NCBI GenBank assembly: GCA_964617815.1 | Contig: CAZTXY010000002.1 | Coordinates: 39,343 to 103,342 of the forward strand | Direction of reading: 5' to 3' | Source: an uncultured Candidatus Saccharibacteria bacterium | GTDB lineage: Bacteria; Patescibacteriota; Doudnabacteria; UBA920 | DNA: 64,000 nucleotides | Shown: piece by piece, positions 1 to 6,839 of the stretch | Numbering within the stretch: the stretch's first letter is position 1 | Layout: every line of letters starts with the position of its first letter | Notes under the pieces: generated by a model | What the model was told of the DNA's origin: nothing | Seen by the model: only the letters and a program-made list of their open reading frames with translations | Databases searched by the model: none | Program-made: the position numbers and the translations under genes

Positions 1-1037
1 GCCAAATTATCGTTACCGATATAAACATCAGACTGAAAACTACAAGGCAACGCTGCAAGAGTTAAATAATGTGTCCCTCTGCTAAGCGTGTATTCCTTAG
101 TCTCAATATCATCCTGCGCAGAATATGGCAAAACTTCATCGTTTGGACCAAGCTTAAAAATTGTAAACCTTAACACAATACAACCTTCACCAAGAATACT
201 AACTACGGCTTCATTTTTTAGAACACGTGCACTAATTGCTAGCCGATCGATATCAGCAGGAGTACGAGCACATTGTTGTCCAGGAGAAGGAGGGGGATCA
301 ATGGTCCCAGGTGGTAAAATAATATTTCCTGTCGAACCCTTTTTCGTTCCGCCAGCAACTTCAGAAACCTTTTCTAAAATCGTAGCGCCTTTTACTTCTG
401 AGGTGTCAGATTGAGTGCTAGGCTTCGGTGTAGCAGAAGATCCTGTATCTACAGGGTTTTTTACCTCATTATTTGTATTAACTGGCGCGGCTGCAGGAGT
501 AGGTGCTGGAGTTATTGCTGGAGCTGGAGTATTTTCAATTACTGGAAAAAAGTCATTGCTTCGACACTCTGTGCTAATGCTTCCAGCACTCAAATTAAAA
601 GCTTGCGCTAACATATTTGGCTCTCTGACCCGAATAAACTCCCACTTGCCTGGCTGGATAGGAGGAACACTCCAAATCCCGTTACTGTAAGTACCGCTAC
701 TTACTGTCACTGAGCTATTGTCTACCAAAATTGACCTATCACTAGAAAGCACAACAGTGGTAGGCTTTGAAGCAGTCTCACCTCGATTATAAAGTTTAAA
801 GCGCTCTTCAGTATCTAAATTAAAAGTTTGTCCTAGTTGAGTTCTCACCGGAGCCAAACAAGGATAATAAGGATGGGCTCCTTGGTGATACCCTCCCCAA
901 TCAAGCCCTGTAGCCGTACTCGCTCCAGTAAATAATGACTTTAGCTCATCTTTATATATATAAGCCAAAATTCCAACAATCAAGAGTAAAACCAAGGCTC
1001 CAATACTTACTAAATATATTGTTTTTTTGTTATGCAT
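1..1037 (-). CDS. Hypothetical membrane-anchored protein, truncated at the window edge (start codon at 1037; N-terminal TM helix, Pro/Ala/Thr-rich linker, Cys-containing distal region)
   Basis: Manual minus-strand translation from ATG at 1037 (MHNKKTIYLVSIGALVLLLIVGILAYIYKDELK...) stays open to position 1. It is absent from the ORF track because no stop lies inside the window. Plus-strand ORFs 88-690 are its antisense shadow. Confidence 0.5.
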   Translation of the reverse strand, partial: MHNKKTIYLVSIGALVLLLIVGILAYIYKDELKSLFTGASTATGLDWGGYHQGAHPYYPCLAPVRTQLGQTFNLDTEERFKLYNRGETASKPTTVVLSSDRSILVDNSSVTVSSGTYSNGIWSVPPIQPGKWEFIRVREPNMLAQAFNLSAGSISTECRSNDFFPVIENTPAPAITPAPTPAAAPVNTNNEVKNPVDTGSSATPKPSTQSDTSEVKGATILEKVSEVAGGTKKGSTGNIILPPGTIDPPPSPGQQCARTPADIDRLAISARVLKNEAVVSILGEGCIVLRFTIFKLGPNDEVLPYSAQDDIETKEYTLSRGTHYLTLAALPCSFQSDVYIGNDNL

Positions 1038-1114
1038 TGAGAATGTTTGTTTCTACAAATTTTCTAACTCTTATTTAATATCAGAATACCATATTTTATC
1101 AAAATAGCCAAATA

Positions 1115-1143
1115 TTGACAGCCCACCACAGCAAGAATACAAT
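1115..1143 (+). promoter_or_regulatory. Sigma70-type promoter TTGACA-17-TACAAT for the ClpP-like gene
   Basis: TTGACA at 1115-1120, 17-nt spacer, TACAAT at 1138-1143. A GGAGG SD at 1168-1172 lies 9 nt before the ATG at 1182. Confidence 0.5.
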
Positions 1144-1181
1144 TTAGCTTCAACGAGTCAAACCTAGCGGAGGAAAATGCA

Positions 1182-1706
1182 ATGGATATCGACTACGAAC
1201 TCGTGCAGATACACGGAAATATCAACAGCAAAGCAGTCGCGGCAGTAAGCGAGAAGATCCACTGCCTAGAAGTTAATGGAGTCAAGCATGCGACCTTGGA
1301 GATCAACAGTCGCGGAGGGAAAGCCCAGGCAGGATTCGCTCTCTACAACCGAATTGAAGCCAGCACCATCATCTTTCAGGTACTGGTGTTGCAACTTTGC
1401 CGTTCAGCGGCAATGATGCCCCTCCTTTCAGTTCCTGTTGAGAGGCGCTTCTGCTACCCCACATCTCAGTTTATGGACCACCCAGCGAAGCATGAACTCT
1501 CTGGCCTGTGGTCGGTAAAGGAGCTCGAGAGACAAATCTTGCTTACCCGCGCAATCGACGACTTGACTCTCGGCATCTACGAAGCCAACACGGCCTTGTC
1601 CAGAAAACAGGCCTATCAAGTCTTCATCGAGTCGGGAAAGGATGTGCACTTCAACGCGGAGGAAGCCAGAAGCTGGGGCATCATCGGCCACATCACCAGA
1701 CAATAA
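1182..1706 (+). CDS. ClpP-family (S14-like) serine peptidase, short form, in a G+C-rich cassette
   Basis: Motifs align to the ClpP core: INSRGG (INSPGG), GFALYNRI, ...RSAAMM (Ser position of GQAASMG), RRFCYPTSQFMDHP (His) and EEARSWGIIGHI with Asp upstream. Composition is G+C-richer than the flanks and the gene has a strong SD. Confidence 0.6.
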   Translation: MDIDYELVQIHGNINSKAVAAVSEKIHCLEVNGVKHATLEINSRGGKAQAGFALYNRIEASTIIFQVLVLQLCRSAAMMPLLSVPVERRFCYPTSQFMDHPAKHELSGLWSVKELERQILLTRAIDDLTLGIYEANTALSRKQAYQVFIESGKDVHFNAEEARSWGIIGHITRQ

Positions 1707-1825
1707 GACAGACCGGCGATTTCAAGACAAACCGCAACAGGCTCAATCGTCGAGATTTCCCGCGGCATAGCTCGAGGGTCAAAGTAACAGTAGTCACAAA
1801 ACAAAGAAGGGACACGGAAGGATCT

Positions 1826-1862
1826 GGACCTCGGCGAATAAAACCGAGGTCCTTTCTATTTT
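1826..1862 (+). terminator. Intrinsic terminator (ggacctcgg / ccgaggtcc stem plus T-run)
   Basis: Perfect 9-bp stem with a 9-nt loop, followed by tttctatttt. Confidence 0.7.
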
Positions 1863-1863
1863 A

Positions 1864-1892
1864 CTGACAAGACTTTCTTAAAACGCTATAAT
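1864..1892 (+). promoter_or_regulatory. tsaD promoter CTGACA-17-TATAAT with a 7-nt leader
   Basis: The -10 box at 1887-1892 lies 7 nt upstream of the ATG at 1900. Confidence 0.5.
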
Positions 1893-1899
1893 AAGGAAC

Positions 1900-2973
1900 A
1901 TGAAAGCTACCTCAACTAAAATTATCTTAGCCATAGAAACCAGTTGCGACGAAACAGCAGCTAGTATTTTGCGTGGAGATATTAAATCCAAAAATCCAAA
2001 TTTTCAATTTTTATCTTCTGTAGTTAAATCACAAATTCAAATTCACAAAAAATCTGGTGGGGTTATTCCTGAAGTTGCGGCACGAAACCATGTAAAAAAT
2101 ATCCTGCCCGTTGTTAGCGCTACCCTAAAGCAAGCCAAACTAAAACTTGCTGATATTGACTACATTGCAGTCACTAGTGGCCCTGGCCTTGTTGTGTCTT
2201 TAATAGTAGGTGTGGAATTTGCAAAAGGACTATCCATGGCTACTGGTACAGCTATGGTCCCAACCAATCACATGGAAGGGCACTTGTATTCGGCATTCGC
2301 CGAATCAATTTCCAATTTCCAATTTCCAATTTCCAAAAAAACACCATTTCCTTTGCTGGCGATGATCGTCAGTGGCGGGCACACTATGTTGGTAGTTATG
2401 AAAGACTATAAACACTATAAAGTCATTGGTTCTACTGTAGATGACGCCGCTGGTGAAGCTTTTGATAAAATAGCCAAGCTCATGGGACTTCCCTATCCTG
2501 GCGGACCAGAGATCAGCAAGCTTGCTGAAAAAGCTATCCCGTCCGCCAGCTGGCGGATTGAATTTCCACGGCCAATGCTCTACCATAAAAATTACGATTT
2601 TTCTTTTTCTGGATTAAAAACTTCTGTGCGTAATTTCATGACAACTAATCCAAAAACAAAAAAAGCTGATGTCGCCCGTGCATTTGAAGATGCAGTAGTC
2701 GACGTGCTCGTAAAAAAAGCTATGCGCGCGGTTGACGAGTATAAATGCAAAACTGTGTCACTCTCTGGAGGTGTTGCGGCCAACAAAAAACTCCGCAACA
2801 CTCTAGCACTAGAATGCGAGGAGCGAAAAATAAAATTTATTGTGCCTGACTTTGAGCTCTGTACTGACAACGCCCAAATGATTGCCCTCGCCGCCTATTT
2901 TAATTTACGCAACGGCTACAAACCCGTTAGCTATAATAAAGTCAAAGCCGATCCAGGCTGGGAAATAGAATAA
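1900..2973 (+). CDS. tsaD: tRNA N6-adenosine threonylcarbamoyltransferase TsaD (Kae1/Gcp family)
   Basis: N-terminal ILAIETSCDETAASIL, LAMIVSGGHT and C-terminal motifs typical of TsaD; 357 aa. Confidence 0.9.
   Translation: MKATSTKIILAIETSCDETAASILRGDIKSKNPNFQFLSSVVKSQIQIHKKSGGVIPEVAARNHVKNILPVVSATLKQAKLKLADIDYIAVTSGPGLVVSLIVGVEFAKGLSMATGTAMVPTNHMEGHLYSAFAESISNFQFPISKKTPFPLLAMIVSGGHTMLVVMKDYKHYKVIGSTVDDAAGEAFDKIAKLMGLPYPGGPEISKLAEKAIPSASWRIEFPRPMLYHKNYDFSFSGLKTSVRNFMTTNPKTKKADVARAFEDAVVDVLVKKAMRAVDEYKCKTVSLSGGVAANKKLRNTLALECEERKIKFIVPDFELCTDNAQMIALAAYFNLRNGYKPVSYNKVKADPGWEIE
2306..2333 (+). repeat. Heptanucleotide tandem repeat (caatttc) x4 inside the tsaD coding sequence
   Basis: Four perfect direct copies of caatttc encode ISNFQFPIS in shifting frames. 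The unit length is not a multiple of 3. Confidence 0.9.
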
Positions 2974-3002
2974 ATCCCCTGTACAAAAAGCTCAGTTTTA
3001 AC

Positions 3003-3200
3003 TATAATATAAGCACATTTAAAAGCCTTTGCTGTGGCTGTCACCATAGCTGTCGAAGGACAAGGCGCGGGAAGAATTTATAGTAGACCCCGACGGACGC
3101 TGGCCGTTACTCAGCAAAGATTAAGCACCACGAGCGTTGGTACCTCGCATCCGCCAGCCGGCGGATGAGACCTCGGCATTAGTGCTTTTTTATTTTTTAT
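3003..3200 (+). promoter_or_regulatory. Candidate promoter (TATAAT at 3003-3008) plus G+C-rich structured non-coding leader or small RNA ending in a compound hairpin and U-run, upstream of valS (T-box-like features)
   Basis: Long-range complement tttgctg (3027-3033) / cagcaaa (3112-3118). UGGUACC lies within a T-box-like stretch GCGUUGGUACCUCG. Hairpin catccgcc/ggcggatg is enclosed by gcac..cgag / ctcg..gtgc and followed by tttttt. G+C is well above the flanking DNA. Confidence 0.35.
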
Positions 3201-3209
3201 CACCCACCA

Positions 3210-3268
3210 CTGTCATTCTGAGTGGAACGAAGAATCTCTGAGATCCTTCACTCCGTTCAGGATGACAG
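3210..3268 (+). promoter_or_regulatory. Long imperfect hairpin (27-nt arms) in the valS 5' leader, strand-specific (G-U wobbles only on + strand RNA)
   Basis: Arms ctgtcattctgagtggaacgaagaatc / gatccttcactccgttcaggatgacag with loop tctga. Three of the six non-Watson-Crick positions are G-U pairs, only valid for the + transcript. The hairpin ends 16 nt before the valS ATG. Confidence 0.45.
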
Positions 3269-3283
3269 TACGAAAATAACTAT

Positions 3284-5479
3284 ATGTCTATAGAATTAGA
3301 AAAATCCTACGACGCATTTAGCGTAGAAAATAAAATTTATCAAACTTGGCTTGACTCTGGTTATTTTAACCCTGACAATTTAAAAGGGACTCCATACACG
3401 ATTGTGCTTCCCCCACCAAATGTCACTGGCACTCTGCATATTGGTCACGCGCTCATGCTCGTGGTTGAAGACATTCTCATTCGTTATAAACGCATGAATG
3501 GATTTAAAACGCTCTGGTTGCCTGGCACAGACCACGCCGCTATTGCCACACAATCTAAAGTTGAAAAGATTCTTGAAAAAGAAGGTACAAGAAAACACGA
3601 AATTGGCCGTGATGAATTTCTGACACGCGTCGATAAGTTCGCACAGGAAAGCCATGATACAATTGTCGGCCAAGTCAAAGCTATGGGATCTTCGGTTGAC
3701 TGGAGTCGTGAAGCTTACACCCTCGACGAAACTCGGAGCAAAACTGTGCGCTCAGCTTTTAAAATTATGTACGACGCTGGTCTGATTTATCGTGGCTACA
3801 GAGTTATTAACTGGGACCCCAAAGGTCAGACAACTATTTCCGACGATGAAATTGTTCACGAAGAACGTAAAGCACAAATGTACACTTTCAAGTACAGCAA
3901 AGACTTCCCTATCGCTATCTCTACCACTCGTCCCGAAACCAAAGTTGGCGACACCGCAGTTGCTGTTCATCCAGAAGACGATCGCTACAAACAATTCATC
4001 GGCCAAGAGTTTAATACCGTGTTTTGTGGTGTGCCAATTCATATCAAAGTTATAGCAGACGAGAGCGTCGAAAAAGACTTTGGAACTGGTGCGCTTGGTG
4101 TTACCCCAGCCCACTCGATGATTGACTATGAAATTGCTCAGCGTCATGACTTACCAATGAAACAAGTCATCAACGAATACGCCAAGATGATGGTTGATGG
4201 TGAACTCAATGGCAAAAAAACTACCGAGGCACGCGCTTTAATAGTTGAATGGTTAAAAACCGAAGGCCTTCTAGAAAAAGAAGAAGAGATCACTCAAAAT
4301 ATTTCTACTGCAGAACGCACTGGCGGTATTATCGAACCACTTCCTAAACTTCAATGGTTTATTGATGTCAACAAAGAATTTCCGATGCCTCACTCTGAGA
4401 TTGACGGCATCCCCACTGGCCAATTTACCTCACTAAAAAAGTTAATGCGCCAGGTCATAGACAGCAAGCAAATTAAAATCACTCCTCAAACTTACGAAAA
4501 AACTTACTTCCACTGGACCAATAATTTAAGAGATTGGTGCATTAGTCGGCAAATTTGGTTTGGCCACAGAATTCCTGTTTGGTATAAAGGTGAAGAGATT
4601 TATTGCGGAGTAGAAGCTCCGGATGGAGAAGAATGGACACAAGACGAAGATACTCTCGACACCTGGTTTTCTTCAGGACTGTGGACTTTTTCCACGCTGG
4701 CCAATTCACCTAAGCAAGTTAGTATTGACAATGGTCGAATTAAAATTGACTCTGAAGACTTTAAAACCTTTCACCCTACCGACGTTCTCGAAACAGGCTA
4801 CGACATTCTGTTTTTTTGGGTCGCTCGTATGATTTTGATGACCACCTATCACATTGGCCAAGTTCCATTTAAAAATGTTTACTTGCATGGCCTCGTTCGC
4901 GATGCTAACAAAAAGAAAATGAGTAAGTCACTCGGAAACGTAATCGACCCGCTCGACATGATTACCAAATACGGGACTGATGCTGTTCGCTTTGCCCTCA
5001 TCTTCAACACCGCACCTGGCACAGACATGGCTTTAGCTGAAGACAAGATTAAAGGCATGAAGCACTTTGCCAATAAGCTATGGAATATAGCGAGATACGT
5101 CTTGGCAAACTCTGAATTAGGAATTACGAATCAAGAATTAAGAAAACCAGAACCACATACAGATGCGGATAAGGAAATCTTAAATAAACTTGAGACAGTA
5201 ACTAAAGAAGCCACTGAACACATCGAAAAATTCAGACTGCATGAAGCGGCTCAAGGTCTATATCAATTTACTTGGCATGAATTGGCTGATGTCTATATTG
5301 AAGCGAGTAAAACCCAGTTGCAAAATGAGACAATGAAAGAAAACACTCAAGCCATACTTCTCTATTCCTTATTCACAATCCTAAAACTACTACATCCTTT
5401 CATGCCATTTATCACTGAAGAGATTTGGTCACAGCTAGATCAGAAAAGGCTTCTTCTAGTCACCCCTTGGCCAAAGTAA
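3284..5479 (+). CDS. valS: Valyl-tRNA synthetase (short form, 731 aa)
   Basis: Class I HIGH region PPPNVTGTLHIGHAL and KMSKS; CW/GH editing and core motifs of ValRS. Confidence 0.95.
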   Translation: MSIELEKSYDAFSVENKIYQTWLDSGYFNPDNLKGTPYTIVLPPPNVTGTLHIGHALMLVVEDILIRYKRMNGFKTLWLPGTDHAAIATQSKVEKILEKEGTRKHEIGRDEFLTRVDKFAQESHDTIVGQVKAMGSSVDWSREAYTLDETRSKTVRSAFKIMYDAGLIYRGYRVINWDPKGQTTISDDEIVHEERKAQMYTFKYSKDFPIAISTTRPETKVGDTAVAVHPEDDRYKQFIGQEFNTVFCGVPIHIKVIADESVEKDFGTGALGVTPAHSMIDYEIAQRHDLPMKQVINEYAKMMVDGELNGKKTTEARALIVEWLKTEGLLEKEEEITQNISTAERTGGIIEPLPKLQWFIDVNKEFPMPHSEIDGIPTGQFTSLKKLMRQVIDSKQIKITPQTYEKTYFHWTNNLRDWCISRQIWFGHRIPVWYKGEEIYCGVEAPDGEEWTQDEDTLDTWFSSGLWTFSTLANSPKQVSIDNGRIKIDSEDFKTFHPTDVLETGYDILFFWVARMILMTTYHIGQVPFKNVYLHGLVRDANKKKMSKSLGNVIDPLDMITKYGTDAVRFALIFNTAPGTDMALAEDKIKGMKHFANKLWNIARYVLANSELGITNQELRKPEPHTDADKEILNKLETVTKEATEHIEKFRLHEAAQGLYQFTWHELADVYIEASKTQLQNETMKENTQAILLYSLFTILKLLHPFMPFITEEIWSQLDQKRLLLVTPWPK

Positions 5480-5549
5480 AACTCGTGCTATACTCTAAGT
5501 ACTAATTCAGTCTGCCTTTGGTAGACATTAACCAATAAGGATAAACACT

Positions 5550-6083
5550 ATGGACGAACAAAACAACCAATCGTCACAGCACTCACAAACTCCAACTCCA
5601 GTTGCGCAAGGCGCTGGCAATGGCCAATCACACCACAGTGGTGGCTCACCCTTAGAGCAACTCGAAAGCTGGTTTGACCTATACTTAGGTCAAAAAGCTC
5701 CTCAGCTACCTGAAAATATCCGGGAAACTCTGGTTAAAATTGCCCCATATGTCACCATTGTAGTGATGTTAATTGCCATCCCTCTTTTGCTATTAGCGCT
5801 TTCTGCACTTGGAATAGTTGCAGTAGCCAGCCCAGTGATAGCATCATACACTTACTTTGGCCCATTATTCTGGGTCTCAATTCTTGTTTTGTTGGCCAGC
5901 TTAGTCCTTGAAGCTATGGCTATCCCAGGACTGTTCAAGCGAAGCATTAAAGCTTGGAGACTCCTTTACTGGGCCAGCTTGCTCGCAGGCGTCAGCAATA
6001 TTATAGGGTTTAATATTGGTAGCCTGATTGGTACAGTCATTGGTCTATATATTCTCTTCCAAGTCAAAAAACTTTACCGCTAA
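5550..6083 (+). CDS. Hypothetical integral membrane protein (hydrophilic Q/S-rich N-terminus, then 4 TM helices)
   Basis: ORF followed by a perfect terminator; hydrophobic segments IAPYVTIVVMLIAIPLLLLAL etc. Confidence 0.55.
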   Translation: MDEQNNQSSQHSQTPTPVAQGAGNGQSHHSGGSPLEQLESWFDLYLGQKAPQLPENIRETLVKIAPYVTIVVMLIAIPLLLLALSALGIVAVASPVIASYTYFGPLFWVSILVLLASLVLEAMAIPGLFKRSIKAWRLLYWASLLAGVSNIIGFNIGSLIGTVIGLYILFQVKKLYR

Positions 6084-6092
6084 TTTCAATTT

Positions 6093-6122
6093 AAAAAACC
6101 CCGCCTGCTGGCGGGGTTTTTT
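6093..6122. terminator. Bidirectional intrinsic terminator (ccccgcc tgct ggcgggg flanked by A-run and T-run)
   Basis: Perfect 7-bp GC stem between the convergent genes 5550-6083 (+) and 6133-6720 (-). Confidence 0.8.
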
Positions 6123-6132
6123 AAATTCTACT

Positions 6133-6720
6133 TTAATATCCTGCGCATGGGCCAGTGTGCAAATTAAGGGTAGTGCAAAGTTGTCCTAATAAATCCTCAG
6201 ACTCACCCGAATCTTGATACCCTGGTTGGTTTGGATTTATTGATCCACCACCACCCCCATTTCCACCACAAAACAATTTATGAGCGGCAAAAAGAATATT
6301 CCTCCAATAAACTTGGTCTTCAATATCATCCCCTGCTGTATTATTAATTAGAGTCTGTTGATGTGCTCCAGCTTGATCTAAATCACTGCAAAATTGTGAG
6401 TTTAAACCTCCGCACAACTGAATAAATGAAGCGATGCCTTGCCCTAAGGCATCTGCCATGTTAGGATCATTTAATGCCTGATTAAGTGCTTGCTCTAATG
6501 CCGCACAACCAGCAGGCCCCTGACCATTTGCAGTCACAGTCCCTCCATTATAGATTGGTCTGCTGTTAATAGGAGTGCTAATCTGACTTTGGGTAGCCAC
6601 CACCGGTCTTTTTGCCGCAAAAGTCTGCAATCCGTTTATTCTACTACCAAAAGTGGCAAGAACAGACAGCAATAATGCAGCTATTGTTATTGTCCATAGT
6701 AATATATCTTTTTGTTTCAT
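6133..6720 (-). CDS. Secreted or N-anchored Cys- and Gly-rich small protein (likely start MKQKDILLW at 6720 rather than 6789)
   Basis: Signal-peptide/TM-like N-terminus ILLWTITIAALLLSVLATFG, multiple Cys, and a GGNGGGGGS tract. The upstream extension to 6789 overlaps the promoter. Confidence 0.5.
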   Translation of the reverse strand: MKQKDILLWTITIAALLLSVLATFGSRINGLQTFAAKRPVVATQSQISTPINSRPIYNGGTVTANGQGPAGCAALEQALNQALNDPNMADALGQGIASFIQLCGGLNSQFCSDLDQAGAHQQTLINNTAGDDIEDQVYWRNILFAAHKLFCGGNGGGGGSINPNQPGYQDSGESEDLLGQLCTTLNLHTGPCAGY

Positions 6721-6747
6721 TTCTTTTGTATAAATAATCTTAAGTTC

Positions 6748-6777
6748 ATTATACCTTAAAAATCCCAAATCCCAAAA
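6748..6777 (-). promoter_or_regulatory. Candidate promoter TTGGGA-16-TATAAT for the 6133-6720 gene
   Basis: Minus-strand sequence tttgggatttgggatttttaaggtataat lies directly downstream of the rpoC terminator. Confidence 0.35.
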
Positions 6778-6792
6778 AGTTATACCCATAAT

Positions 6793-6836
6793 AAAACCAC
6801 TCTAATACACTAGTGTATTAGAGTGGTTTTATTTTC
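6793..6836. terminator. rpoC terminator: perfect 32-bp palindrome ccactctaatacacta/tagtgtattagagtgg flanked by aaaa and tttt
   Basis: Lies immediately after the rpoC stop at 6840-6842; bidirectional A/T flanks. Confidence 0.85.
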
Positions 6837-6839
6837 TAC

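Noticed and set aside
88-690. Plus-strand ORFs 88-414, 411-611 and 415-690 (Gly/Ala/Val-rich).
   Set aside because: They are antisense to the long minus-strand partial CDS (1-1037), whose Pro/Ala/Thr linker generates GC-rich open frames on the opposite strand. No promoter, SD or terminator context.
1428-1867. ORFs 1428-1703 (-), 1508-1867 (+) and 1616-1804 (-) overlapping the ClpP-like gene and its 3' region.
   Set aside because: Arg-rich, low-complexity translations typical of GC-rich off-frame reading. The 1508-1867 ORF runs through the terminator hairpin.
3150-3196. Simple reading of catccgcc/ggcggatg plus T-run as the tsaD terminator only.
   Set aside because: The T-run is 17 nt from that stem, too far for a simple terminator. 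Only the compound structure (gcac-cgag outer helix) places a stem directly before UUUUUU. The region lies about 180 nt past the tsaD stop and after a TATAAT box, so a leader or sRNA interpretation was preferred, at low confidence.
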